Part shown: piece after piece, positions 19,156 to 28,842 of the stretch
Layout: every line of letters starts with the position of its first letter
How positions within the stretch are numbered: position 1 is the first letter of the stretch
Program-made: the position numbers and the translations under genes
The notes under the pieces: model-generated
Database searches by the model: none
The model's input: only the letters and a program-made list of their open reading frames with translations
Told to the model about the DNA's origin: nothing
Origin: Bacteroidales bacterium
GTDB taxonomy: Bacteria > Bacteroidota > Bacteroidia > Bacteroidales > WCHB1-69
Direction: 5' to 3'
NCBI GenBank assembly: GCA_017615595.1
Contig: JAFZZT010000050.1
Coordinates: 76,002-140,001, forward strand
DNA length: 64,000 bases

Positions 19156-19896
19156 ATGTCCATAATAGTAAAAAACGTAACGAAAGTTTTTGGCAAGCAA
19201 TACGCCTTAAACGATGTTAGTTTTGAAGCCAAAAAAGGTGAGATTGTCGGCTTTTTAGGCCCTAACGGCGCTGGCAAGACCACCATGATGAAGATCATCA
19301 CCTGCCTGATCCCACCCACATCCGGAGAAGTCTCCGTATGCGGACTGGACATCTGGAACGACTCCCTGGAACTCCGCAAGAAAATCGGCTACCTTTCGGA
19401 AGCCAACCCGCTCTATTACGACATGTACGTCAGCGAGTTCCTGGAATTCACCGGAGGCATCTACCATATCAAGAATCTGAAAGGCAAGGTAGCCGAGATG
19501 ATTGAAAGAACTGGCCTTACGCCCGAGAAGCACAAAAAGATCGGAGCCCTGTCGCGCGGCTACAAGCAACGCGTGGGTATCGCACAAGCGCTCATCCACG
19601 ACCCAGAGGTGCTCATCCTGGACGAGCCCACCACAGGTCTGGACCCCAACCAGTTGGTAGAGATCCGCTCCCTGATCAAGACGTACGGCAAGGACAAAAC
19701 GGTGCTGCTCTCCACCCACATCATGCAGGAGGTCAGCGCCATGTGCGATCATGTGGTGATCATCAACAAGGGAGTGCTGGTGGCTGACGAGCCTGTCAAG
19801 AACCTCCCCAACCTGGCAAGAGCGAAAGGCATCAAATGCACCGACCACCTGGACGCTGCCGCCATGGAGGAACTATTCCAAATACTCACCAAATAG
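19156..19896 (+). CDS. ABC transporter ATP-binding protein (ABC-2/GldA-like)
   Basis: Walker A GPNGAGKTT, signature LSRGYKQR, Walker B LILDEPT. Confidence 0.9.
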   Translation: MSIIVKNVTKVFGKQYALNDVSFEAKKGEIVGFLGPNGAGKTTMMKIITCLIPPTSGEVSVCGLDIWNDSLELRKKIGYLSEANPLYYDMYVSEFLEFTGGIYHIKNLKGKVAEMIERTGLTPEKHKKIGALSRGYKQRVGIAQALIHDPEVLILDEPTTGLDPNQLVEIRSLIKTYGKDKTVLLSTHIMQEVSAMCDHVVIINKGVLVADEPVKNLPNLARAKGIKCTDHLDAAAMEELFQILTK

Positions 19897-19904
19897 GCCC
19901 GTTG

Positions 19905-21179
19905 ATGATGCGACTGCTACAACCGATGATGAAAGAGGGGCAAACCTATCGCCCCATCGCCTTTGAGGAAGCCTACTCCATGGTTGCCTCACGGTGCTCA
20001 TCGGCCAACTCCAACCAAACACTGGTCATAGTCTCCGGCGATTACAGCAACGAAGAGCTCTATCTGCTCCAACGCATCGCCCGTGCCGGCCTACGCACCA
20101 ACGCCATCGCCTCCTTCGAGTACTTCTACAAAAGCACCGCCTTCTTTCATGACAAAAACGACATCGTGCCCTTTGCTGAGATCCTTGGCGCCTCCCAGAT
20201 CTTCATAGCCTGGGATCCGCAGGCAGACACCCCTTCGGCCAACGTCATCACCCATCTGCTGAAATCCCTTCCAGAGACACCCCAATATTGGTTCAACCAA
20301 GACGGGAACCTCCATATTCATGACTACGCCGCCTCCTTCCGCGCCCTCAACCGATACCTGGTAGAACACGAATGGGCGGAAGGCATCTACATAAACGGCC
20401 TTGGCAAAAACTACGACTCCTACAAGACACATCTGCTGGCCGATGACTATGAGACGATGCTGCGCAAGAACAATCTCTCAGACAAAGATATCGCCACCTT
20501 CGCCAGCCTGCTGAAAAAATGCAAGGATGAAGTCTTCCTCGTATGGGAGCCGCTTCTGGACGAACGAGGTGTCATGGAGCTGGAAAACTTGTGTATGCTC
20601 CTCGACATCCAGTCGAAGCCGAATGCCGGATTCCTCTGCATCAAGCCCACGCTCAATGCCCAAGGGCTTTTCGACATGGGATGCTTCCCCTCACGGGGTG
20701 TCGGTAGCGAATCCTTGGAAGAGATGTCTCGGCGCTTGAGCCAACAAGGCCTCCCCGATCCTTGCATCGAGGTGGTCGATGTGGAAAAGACGGTCCTGGC
20801 TGGCGGTTTTCAACATTTCTTGCTATTCAACTCCACAGGATTACAAATTCCGGACTGTGTTTCGCAACAGATAAGCCGCAGCGCCTTCTCCATGCTACAC
20901 ACCGCAGAATGGGATGAACACGACACCACTTTTGATCTGCTCATCCCCGCCGCAAGACCGGAAGAGGTCACCGGCAGCTTCACCGACTCTGCAAGGATCC
21001 CGCACCAGAGCACACCTGACACACCCTGTCCGCTGCGTTACAACAACATCGAGCAATTCAACCTGCTCAACCACCAACTGGGATTACCCACGCTGGAAAG
21101 ACCTTCCGACATTTTTTTGGAGTTCATATCCTTGTTCAAAGCCGGCTGTCACAGCCAAGAGAGACATTTTTTCAGATAA
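19905..21179 (+). CDS. Hypothetical protein with resemblance to the molybdopterin-oxidoreductase (MopB) domain but no N-terminal Fe-S domain
   Basis: YRPIAFEEAYSMVASRC...VIVSGDYSNEELYLLQRIARAGLRTNAI resembles the start of NuoG/FdhA-type MopB domains. The start ATG at 19905 lies 9 nt after the ABC stop. Assignment is by recall. Confidence 0.35.
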   Translation: MMRLLQPMMKEGQTYRPIAFEEAYSMVASRCSSANSNQTLVIVSGDYSNEELYLLQRIARAGLRTNAIASFEYFYKSTAFFHDKNDIVPFAEILGASQIFIAWDPQADTPSANVITHLLKSLPETPQYWFNQDGNLHIHDYAASFRALNRYLVEHEWAEGIYINGLGKNYDSYKTHLLADDYETMLRKNNLSDKDIATFASLLKKCKDEVFLVWEPLLDERGVMELENLCMLLDIQSKPNAGFLCIKPTLNAQGLFDMGCFPSRGVGSESLEEMSRRLSQQGLPDPCIEVVDVEKTVLAGGFQHFLLFNSTGLQIPDCVSQQISRSAFSMLHTAEWDEHDTTFDLLIPAARPEEVTGSFTDSARIPHQSTPDTPCPLRYNNIEQFNLLNHQLGLPTLERPSDIFLEFISLFKAGCHSQERHFFR

Positions 21180-21195
21180 TTAAACACTACGAAAT

Positions 21196-22995
21196 ATGAC
21201 AAACGATAATCAATCAGAAGCAAAGAAAGAGACCCGTTCCCGCAAATTCTGGCGGATCGTGCTCGGTTCCATGGTGGGCTTCGTCCTGGCCATGATTATC
21301 ATCACCGTATTCTATACCTTGTTCGTACTGGGCATCATTGCCTCCGTAGGTTCCAAGGAGAAGGCCACGGTACAGAACAAGAGTGTGCTTAAGCTGAATC
21401 TCAACCAACCGATTTCCGAACGGGCCGTAGATATGCCTTTCGACATGAGCAGTTATGGCTACAGCAATCCATTGGGTCTGAATGACATTCTGGCGGTCAT
21501 CAAGCATGCGGCTGGAGACAACAGAATCAAAGATATCTACATCAACACTTCTTCCGCATCCGCCTCTCCGGCAAGCCTTAAAGAGATCCACGATGCACTG
21601 GTGGAGTTCAAAAAATCCGGCAAATTCATCTATGCTTACAGCGACAATTACTACCAAAACGGTTACTATCTGGCGACCGTGGCCGACAGCGTCCTGCTGA
21701 ACCCCACCGGCTCAGTTGACCTCAGAGGCTACGCCTTCCAGGTGATGTTCTACAAAGGTCTTCTAGACAAGTTCAACGTGGACGTTCAAATCATACGCCA
21801 CGGCCAGTTCAAGAGTGCTGTCGAGCCCTATATGCTGGATAAGATGAGTGAGGCCAACCGCACCCAGTTGACTGTCCTGAGCGAATCATTATGGGCTACC
21901 ATCGCCAATGACATCGCCGCTGCCCGTAAGCTTTCCTTGGATTCTCTCAACCAGATCACCAACCAAATGTCAGGATATATGGCCGAGACCGCCTTATCCC
22001 AAGGATTGGTGGATCGCCTCGCTTATGCATCAGACGCCGAGGCCTCGCTGCGTAAAAAACTGAATATTGGCGATGATGAAAACATTCATTTCATCACCGT
22101 CTCCCAATACAAATCCGCCATCCCGCAACCCAAAGCCCAAAGCAACCGCATCGCCGTGGTGTATGCGGTAGGCTCCATCTATGACGGCAAAGGGGATGAG
22201 TCCCAGAACATCTACTCTGACAATTTCATCAAAACCTTCCGCAAGGCTTACAAATCCGACAAGGTCAAGGCTATCGTTTTGAGAATCAACTCCCCTGGCG
22301 GAAGCGCCTTGGCCTCCGAGAATATCTGGCATGAGATCGAGGCTGCCAAAAAAGCTGGCAAGATTGTCGTCACCTCCATGGGCGACTATGCCGCTTCCGG
22401 CGGTTATTACATCGCCTGCAACTCCAACTATATCATCGCACAACCCAACACCATCACCGGTTCCATTGGCGTATTCGGAATGATTCCTTCTTTCCAAAAT
22501 GCTCTGAAATCCAACCTCGGCATCACCATTGATGTGGCCAAGACACATGAGCATTCCGACTTCGGCACGGGCATGCGCGCCCTCGACCAAGCAGAGCTGG
22601 ACATGATGCAGCAATCCATCGAGGACATTTACGGAACCTTCATGCAACGTGTGGCAAACGGTCGTAAGATGACCGTAGAACAGGTGGACAGCATCGGACA
22701 AGGCCGTGTTTGGGCTGGCACCGACGCCATCAAAATCGGTCTGGTTGATAAGCTCGGCTCCCTGGACGACGCTATCGACAAAGCCGCTGAATTGGCTGGC
22801 ATCACCAACTATTCCCTGGAATACTATCCCAAACAACAATCATTCTTTGAAATATTGTTTAACAACATGAACGACACTGAAAGTCGTCTGGCCTCCCGTC
22901 TTGGACACCTCTACTTCACCTATCAGGGCCTTGAGAACATCATCCGCGCCGAAGGTGTACAAGCCAGATTGCCTTTTGAACTCGAAATTAAATAA
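21196..22995 (+). CDS. sppA: Signal peptide peptidase SppA, 67K type
   Basis: 599 aa. N-terminal TM anchor. Two S49 domains, including the GDYAASGGYYIA motif. Confidence 0.9.
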   Translation: MTNDNQSEAKKETRSRKFWRIVLGSMVGFVLAMIIITVFYTLFVLGIIASVGSKEKATVQNKSVLKLNLNQPISERAVDMPFDMSSYGYSNPLGLNDILAVIKHAAGDNRIKDIYINTSSASASPASLKEIHDALVEFKKSGKFIYAYSDNYYQNGYYLATVADSVLLNPTGSVDLRGYAFQVMFYKGLLDKFNVDVQIIRHGQFKSAVEPYMLDKMSEANRTQLTVLSESLWATIANDIAAARKLSLDSLNQITNQMSGYMAETALSQGLVDRLAYASDAEASLRKKLNIGDDENIHFITVSQYKSAIPQPKAQSNRIAVVYAVGSIYDGKGDESQNIYSDNFIKTFRKAYKSDKVKAIVLRINSPGGSALASENIWHEIEAAKKAGKIVVTSMGDYAASGGYYIACNSNYIIAQPNTITGSIGVFGMIPSFQNALKSNLGITIDVAKTHEHSDFGTGMRALDQAELDMMQQSIEDIYGTFMQRVANGRKMTVEQVDSIGQGRVWAGTDAIKIGLVDKLGSLDDAIDKAAELAGITNYSLEYYPKQQSFFEILFNNMNDTESRLASRLGHLYFTYQGLENIIRAEGVQARLPFELEIK

Positions 22996-23010
22996 TTAAA
23001 ACAATAAGTT

Positions 23011-23817
23011 ATGTCTCCCGAATTTTTAACATCAGCCTTCAACATCTACCTTTGGATAATGATTGCCATGGGCGTTGTGGTCTTCGTGTCCCTCTACTTT
23101 GTCAATGCCGGATACGGGATGTTCGTGAACAACAAATGGGGAAAAACCATCAACAACAAGTTGGCCTGGTTCCTCATGGAGTTCCCCATTTTTCTGGCCA
23201 TGATCATCATCTGGCTCGCTTCGCCACATCGCTTCGACATTGTCCCCATGGTTTTCTTGCTCATTTTCGAGATACATTACTTCCAACGCTCCATCATCTT
23301 CCCCTGGATCATGAAAGGAAACAGCCAAATGTCCTTGGCTGTCATGTTCATGGGCATCGCCTTCAACATCTTGAACGCTATGATGCAAGGCTATTGGATT
23401 TTCTTTGAATCCTACAAGGCAAACTACCAGGTCTTCGGCCTCTCCTACTCGGACATTGAGTGGTTATGGTCTCCGCATTTCATCATCGGCACCTGCATTT
23501 TCTTCTTCGGCTTCTTCGTCAACCTGCGCTCCGACTATATCATCCGTCATCTGCGGAAAGACGAAAACGACACCAAACACTATCTGCCCAGCGGTTTCCT
23601 GTTCAACTATGTGACCAGCGCCAACTATCTGGGAGAGCTGTTGGAATGGCTCGGCTTCGCCATCCTCACTTGGTCATTGCCTGGCCTTGTGTTCTTCTGG
23701 TGGACCTTCGCCAACCTGGTGCCCAGAGCCCACAACATCTACAAGCGCTACAAAGTAGAGTTCGCCGAAGAGATGGAAGCCAAGCACCTGAAGCGCGTCT
23801 TCCCGTTCATCTACTAG
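23011..23817 (+). CDS. 3-oxo-5-alpha-steroid 4-dehydrogenase (SRD5A/steroid 5-alpha-reductase) family membrane protein
   Basis: Polytopic. The C-terminal FNYVTSANYLGELLEWLGFAILTWSLPG...FPFIY closely parallels the human SRD5A1/2 C-terminus (as recalled: YVTAANYFGEIMEW.GYALASWS...IPFLF). Confidence 0.75.
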   Translation: MSPEFLTSAFNIYLWIMIAMGVVVFVSLYFVNAGYGMFVNNKWGKTINNKLAWFLMEFPIFLAMIIIWLASPHRFDIVPMVFLLIFEIHYFQRSIIFPWIMKGNSQMSLAVMFMGIAFNILNAMMQGYWIFFESYKANYQVFGLSYSDIEWLWSPHFIIGTCIFFFGFFVNLRSDYIIRHLRKDENDTKHYLPSGFLFNYVTSANYLGELLEWLGFAILTWSLPGLVFFWWTFANLVPRAHNIYKRYKVEFAEEMEAKHLKRVFPFIY

Positions 23818-23826
23818 AAAACTGCC

Positions 23827-25389
23827 ATGCGCATCAAGATCTCCAACATCCGGATCCCGGTCAATGTTCCGACAGACCTGTCGGACAAAGTCTGCCGGAT
23901 GTTGCATCTGGATCCTTCGGAGATTACGGATTTCAGAATCCTCCGACAGGCTGTCGATGCACGCAAAAAGCCGAATGTCTTCTACGATTACCAGGTAAGT
24001 GTGGAGGTGCCGGATCATCGACAGGACCTCCTGCGCTCCGACAACGTGGTCGCTATGCCATCAGCCACACCGCTGAAGTATCCGAAATGGCCGCATTCTG
24101 ACCGTCCCGTGGTGGTCGGTTTCGGACCTGCCGGCATGTTCGCCGCACTCTATCTCGCCCGCTGCCACGCCCACCCTGTCATCTTGGAACGAGGGCAAAA
24201 AATCGAGGAGCGCAAGGCATCTGTCGCCAAGTTTTTGGCTGACAAGACACTGAATCCCGAATCCAACGTCCAGTTTGGCGAGGGAGGCGCCGGCACCTTC
24301 TCTGACGGGAAACTGAATACCAACGTGCATAGCGAATACAACGCCTTCGTGCTGAGAGAGTTTTATCTCCACGGCGCCAGCGAGGACGTCACCTATCTCC
24401 AAAACCCACATGTCGGCACCGACTACCTCGAGCGAGTCGTCCGAAACATACGGCTGGAGATCGAGTCGCTGGGCGGAGAGTTCCACTTCAACACCTGCTT
24501 CACCGGTTTTCGTCAAGAGATGGATGGGGCACTCCATATCGACTGCAGCCTGGAGCTCCATTTCCATACACGGCATCTCTTTTTGGGCATCGGGCACTCT
24601 GCCCGCGACACGATACGCACATTGCACGAGCAAGGTCTGGCTATGGAGGCCAAAGGGTTCTCCATGGGTGTCCGCATCGAACATCCGCAATCCCTCATCA
24701 ACAAGATACAGTACGGGGCCGCGGCCCGCTTCTTGCCACCTGCTTCCTACAAAGGGGTCGTGCACCTGCCCGACCGGAGCGTCTATACTTTCTGCATGTG
24801 CCCTGGCGGCACTGTGATGGCCTCCACCAACGATCCGGAGACTATCGTCACCAACGGCATGAGCGAACGCAAGCGCGACAAGGAAAACGCCAACAGCGCC
24901 CTGCTGGTCACCGTGCGCCCCGAAGACTTCCTGCACGACAGCCCGTTGGACGGACTGGCCTACCAAGAGCACTACGAGCGGAAAGCCTTCCAGATCGGCG
25001 GCGACTACCGCGCCCCAGGCAATCTGATGAGAGAATTCCTGCAGAAGAAGGTCGCCAAAGAGATACGGAGCATCCAGCCCTCCTATCCGCATGGCGTGGT
25101 CTTCTGCGACCTGCAACGCTGTCTCCCCGACTATGTGGTGAACTCTTTAAGAGATGCTCTGCCCCTGATGGACAAAAAGATGCACGGCTTCGCCCATCCA
25201 GACGCCGTCCTCACTGGCATCGAAAGCCGCTCTTCCTCACCAGTCCGAATTCTGAGAGAAGCCGACAGAATGTGCCAGACCAAGGGCATCTACCCCATCG
25301 GCGAGGGCGCAGGGTACGCGGGGGGCATCATGAGCGCCGCCATCGATGGTCTCAAGAGCGCCATCGCCGCCGCCGCGACCCTCTCCTAG
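23827..25389 (+). CDS. FAD-dependent oxidoreductase (COG2509-type 'NAD(FAD)-utilizing dehydrogenase')
   Basis: Dinucleotide fold VVVGFGPAGMFAALYLA. C-terminal PIGEGAGYAGGI motif. 520 aa. Confidence 0.75.
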   Translation: MRIKISNIRIPVNVPTDLSDKVCRMLHLDPSEITDFRILRQAVDARKKPNVFYDYQVSVEVPDHRQDLLRSDNVVAMPSATPLKYPKWPHSDRPVVVGFGPAGMFAALYLARCHAHPVILERGQKIEERKASVAKFLADKTLNPESNVQFGEGGAGTFSDGKLNTNVHSEYNAFVLREFYLHGASEDVTYLQNPHVGTDYLERVVRNIRLEIESLGGEFHFNTCFTGFRQEMDGALHIDCSLELHFHTRHLFLGIGHSARDTIRTLHEQGLAMEAKGFSMGVRIEHPQSLINKIQYGAAARFLPPASYKGVVHLPDRSVYTFCMCPGGTVMASTNDPETIVTNGMSERKRDKENANSALLVTVRPEDFLHDSPLDGLAYQEHYERKAFQIGGDYRAPGNLMREFLQKKVAKEIRSIQPSYPHGVVFCDLQRCLPDYVVNSLRDALPLMDKKMHGFAHPDAVLTGIESRSSSPVRILREADRMCQTKGIYPIGEGAGYAGGIMSAAIDGLKSAIAAAATLS

Positions 25390-25468
25390 CCACTCTTTTC
25401 TAGAGAATATCCACCCTACCATATTTTTACTATTTTTGCACTTGACAATCGTCAATACACAACCACTT

Positions 25469-26206
25469 ATGAATGAGTTTGTTAGAGGATTAAAAAAGGG
25501 ATTTCCCATCTGTCTTGGCTACATTCCGGTGTCCTTCACCTTCGGATTGATAGCGGTCAAGATGGGGTTTTCGCCTTTGGAAGCCACCATCATCTCATTC
25601 TCCAACATGGCCTCTGCTGGTCAGTTTGCCGGCATCCGGCTCATCGAGGGCGGCGCGCCCTACATCGAGTTGATAGTCACCACCTTCGTCATCAACCTCC
25701 GCTACTTCCTGATGTCACTCTCCCTGTCGCAGAAAATAGCGCCCGAGATGCCTTTCTACAAGCGTGCCGTCATGGCGTATTGCATTACCGATGAAGTGTT
25801 TGCCATCGCGGCATTGGAGCCAGACGAGGTCTCGTTCCCCTTCTTCGGAGGTTTGATGATCACGCCCATTTTCGGGTGGACCATCGGCACGTTGTTAGGA
25901 GCTGTCGCCTCCAGCATGCTCTCGCCCATGATGCAGGGCTGCATGGGTATCGCACTCTACTGTATGTTCATCGCCATCATCGTCCCACCCGCGCGCAAGA
26001 GCCGCAAGGTGACACTCGCCATCGTGGTCTCCATCTTGCTGTCCTGCTTCTTTAAATATGTGCCGGGAGTCAATGTGCTGACCTCCAAGGGCGGCGGCGG
26101 ATGGGCCATCATCATTTCCGCCATCTTAGGAGCGGCCATCTGCGCCTCCATCAAAGAGGTGAAACGCCACCGAAAAATGCGTCTGGCAGAAAGGAGGGTC
26201 GCATGA
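25469..26206 (+). CDS. azlC: AzlC family branched-chain amino acid transporter subunit
   Basis: MNEFVRGLKKGFPICLGYIPVSFTFG is a typical AzlC N-terminus. I use the first ATG after the upstream stop; the track's extension overlaps the previous gene. Confidence 0.8.
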   Translation: MNEFVRGLKKGFPICLGYIPVSFTFGLIAVKMGFSPLEATIISFSNMASAGQFAGIRLIEGGAPYIELIVTTFVINLRYFLMSLSLSQKIAPEMPFYKRAVMAYCITDEVFAIAALEPDEVSFPFFGGLMITPIFGWTIGTLLGAVASSMLSPMMQGCMGIALYCMFIAIIVPPARKSRKVTLAIVVSILLSCFFKYVPGVNVLTSKGGGGWAIIISAILGAAICASIKEVKRHRKMRLAERRVA

Positions 26207-26547
26207 AATACCCTGTCATCTGCATGATCTTGATGTTCCTGACCACCTACCTGATCAGAGTCATCCCCATCGGGTTCGTCCGCAAAAAAATGGAAAACGA
26301 ATGGATCCAGGATTTTCTGTTCTATATCCCCTATTGTGTGCTGGCAGCCATGACCTTCCCCTACGTCTTCTACTCCACCTCGCCCACCGGCACCGAGCCG
26401 CACATCTCCCTTTCGGCAGTGCTGGCCACCATCGTGGCATTGCTGCTGGCATGGCGCAACCGGGGTCTCCTGCGAGTAGCCATCGTGGCCGTGCTCGTAG
26501 CCATCCTGGTGGAGCTGTCCCTAACGTACATTCCCTTCCTGTCGTAA
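26203..26547 (+). CDS. azlD: AzlD family branched-chain amino acid transport protein
   Basis: 114 aa, 3-4 TM segments. ATGA overlap with the azlC stop. Confidence 0.75.
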   Translation: MKYPVICMILMFLTTYLIRVIPIGFVRKKMENEWIQDFLFYIPYCVLAAMTFPYVFYSTSPTGTEPHISLSAVLATIVALLLAWRNRGLLRVAIVAVLVAILVELSLTYIPFLS

Positions 26548-26671
26548 ATGCCTGACCCATTTTTTCAGCCACATACATCTTGTAAAATAACACCAAACTC
26601 GCGCTGAAAAAAAATTGTAAAAAATCCCAAGATTTTTTCTATCTTTGCCGCCTTTAATTGACATCGTAAAA

Positions 26672-28780
26672 ATGTGTAGAATAAAGACTTTCCTGTCAGC
26701 CCTGTTGCTGCTTTTGTTCCTTGTTCCCTTCGCTGAATCTTCCGCAAATCCCATTCCCAAAGACCAGCTTGTCAGCTTGGGCCAGGAAGCATTCCGGCAG
26801 AAGCTCTGCGCCATCCAACCCCAGACTTCCCTTCCGGAAGTGAAGTCGTATTTCTTTATTGAAGAAGGTGGCGAAACCTATATGGCCGTTTTGAATTTCG
26901 GCAAAGGATTTATCATTATGGCCGCCGACGATGCATCCATCCCGGTGTTGGCATACGGCTTTGAAGGTGAGTTCTCGATGGAAACGGCCGCCCCAGGAGC
27001 CAAAATGTTTTTGGAACAGTATAAAAAAGAGATTGCCGCTATCCGCAGTTTGAAACTCCCAACGGCAAATGATGTCCTGGAAGCCTGGCAGGAGTTGAAG
27101 AACCACCAGTCTAAGAGCACACTCGAAATAGTAGTCGCTCCCCTGCTGACTTCCATCTGGAATCAGACAAAGTACTACAATCAGTATTCTCCTGAAGACG
27201 AAGATTCTCCGGGAGGCTATGACGGCCGCACACCCAACGGCTGCGTCGCTGTCGCCATGGCGCAAATCATGTATTACTACCGCTATCCTGAACAAGGAAC
27301 CGGCCAACACACCAACTACACCTATTATGGCAACTACACCGTGAACTTCGGCAACGAAACCTTCAATTATGAAGCGATGGAGGATGCGCTTTCCGGTTAC
27401 AACAATGAAGTGGCCAAGCTGATTTTCGACTGTGCCACCTCTGTCGATATGTACTATGCCCCTGATGGTTCTGGAGCTAATTCCGAAGACGTCCCCCACG
27501 CTCTCAGCACCTATTTTCTATATTCCCAAAATGCTCATTACTCCTCCAAATGGGGTACCAACAATAGCCAGTGGCGCAATTACCTGAAAAGCGACCTGAA
27601 CAACAATCGCCCAGTGTATTACTCTGGTTATTCGGACGATGGAGGCCACGCTTTCGTCTGTGACGGATACAACAGCGACAACCATTTCCACTTCAATTTC
27701 GGTTGGGGAGGTACCTCTGACGGCTTCTATGCCCTCAACAACTCCGACACCTATTCCAATGCCGTGGGCGGTTTCAGTGGAGGACAATGCTGCGTACGCA
27801 ACATATACCCCGGCGACTCCAACTTCCCCTTCTACTGCTCCGAGAAGATCATCACCAGCAAGTCTGGAACGCTGGAAGACGGAAGCCAAAACCTAAACTA
27901 TCAAAACAACCAGTCCTGCACCTATGTCATCACCACCGATGATGCTTATATGATCTCTGTCTATATCGACCGTTTCGCCACTCAGGAGAACCATGACTTC
28001 CTGAAATTCTGGGACGGTCATCCAAGCAATGGCAATCTGCTACAAACGCTCTCTGGCAACATCACTTCCAATCCTTCTTACAACTTCAACACGGACAGTC
28101 TATACGTCACGTTCACCACGGATGACTCCATCACGGATGCAGGGTGGCATCTGAGTTTCTACATCTATCGCGATGTGCCCAACTGCACCTCGAGCATTTT
28201 TCATGAAGCCAACGGCACCATCACAGACGGCAGTGGCAGCTCCATGTACCGCGACAACGCCAACTGCTATTGGAGCGTCCGCGTTTCAGGAGCAGAAGCA
28301 CTCTATGTCTATTTTGATGAATTTGATTTAAGTCCTGAAGATCACCTATATTTCTATGACCTGAGCAACGGAAACATTCTTTTGGCTGACTATACCGGCC
28401 ACAACATACCTGCCCCCGTCATTTTCAACACTGGCAAAATCAGGATCTCTTTTATTTCGGACAACTATCTGCATGCAGATGGTTTCACCTTCCATTGGAG
28501 CACCACCATTCCTGAAGACATCCAGGAGCATGATGCCCTCAACCGGATGACCATTCGTCCCAATCCTGCCAGCCACACGGCCACCATACACACCTCCGGT
28601 TTATCAGGAGATGGTTCCGTCATTATTTCCGACTTGTCTGGCAGAACAGTTTTAACCCAATCCGTTGACCAAGGCGGTGACACTCAGATTGACGTGAGCA
28701 GACTTAAAGATGGAGTATATCTAGTACACATCCTAGGTGAAAAATTCTCTGAAACACAAAAATTAATCATTGCACATTAA
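26672..28780 (+). CDS. Peptidase C10 (streptopain/interpain-like cysteine protease) with two CUB-like domains and a T9SS C-terminal sorting domain
   Basis: Signal peptide. Propeptide block GFIIMAADDASIPVLAYG. Catalytic Cys in NGCVAVAMAQIMYYY and catalytic His in GGHAFVCDGY. CUB-like patterns at about 27836-28170 and about 28183-28500. Por_Secre_tail-like end IRPNPASHTATI...DVSRLKDGVYLVHI...KLIIAH. Confidence 0.85.
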   Translation: MCRIKTFLSALLLLLFLVPFAESSANPIPKDQLVSLGQEAFRQKLCAIQPQTSLPEVKSYFFIEEGGETYMAVLNFGKGFIIMAADDASIPVLAYGFEGEFSMETAAPGAKMFLEQYKKEIAAIRSLKLPTANDVLEAWQELKNHQSKSTLEIVVAPLLTSIWNQTKYYNQYSPEDEDSPGGYDGRTPNGCVAVAMAQIMYYYRYPEQGTGQHTNYTYYGNYTVNFGNETFNYEAMEDALSGYNNEVAKLIFDCATSVDMYYAPDGSGANSEDVPHALSTYFLYSQNAHYSSKWGTNNSQWRNYLKSDLNNNRPVYYSGYSDDGGHAFVCDGYNSDNHFHFNFGWGGTSDGFYALNNSDTYSNAVGGFSGGQCCVRNIYPGDSNFPFYCSEKIITSKSGTLEDGSQNLNYQNNQSCTYVITTDDAYMISVYIDRFATQENHDFLKFWDGHPSNGNLLQTLSGNITSNPSYNFNTDSLYVTFTTDDSITDAGWHLSFYIYRDVPNCTSSIFHEANGTITDGSGSSMYRDNANCYWSVRVSGAEALYVYFDEFDLSPEDHLYFYDLSNGNILLADYTGHNIPAPVIFNTGKIRISFISDNYLHADGFTFHWSTTIPEDIQEHDALNRMTIRPNPASHTATIHTSGLSGDGSVIISDLSGRTVLTQSVDQGGDTQIDVSRLKDGVYLVHILGEKFSETQKLIIAH

Positions 28781-28842
28781 ACTCCACATCTTTTTCGCGG
28801 TCTTACGTTTCGTATTGTTTCACAATCAAAAATAATATCGCT

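Noticed and set aside
19074-19379. N-terminal 102-codon extension of the UPF0104-like membrane protein ORF
   Set aside because: It would run through the divergent promoter region and overlap the first 224 nt of the ABC ATPase gene. The ATG at 19073 is preceded by a TATTTTTG box (minus strand, about 19089-19096).
24061-25116. 351-aa ORF antisense to the FAD-dependent oxidoreductase gene
   Set aside because: Shadow ORF. The plus-strand frame has the dinucleotide-binding motif and conserved C-terminal blocks. The antisense product has no recognisable features.
25346-25468. Track extension of the azlC ORF upstream of its true start; the azlD ORF has an equivalent extension at 26101-26202
   Set aside because: The extensions overlap the preceding genes and encode Pro/Ser/Arg-rich junk. 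Typical AzlC and AzlD N-termini begin at ATG 25469 and ATG 26203.
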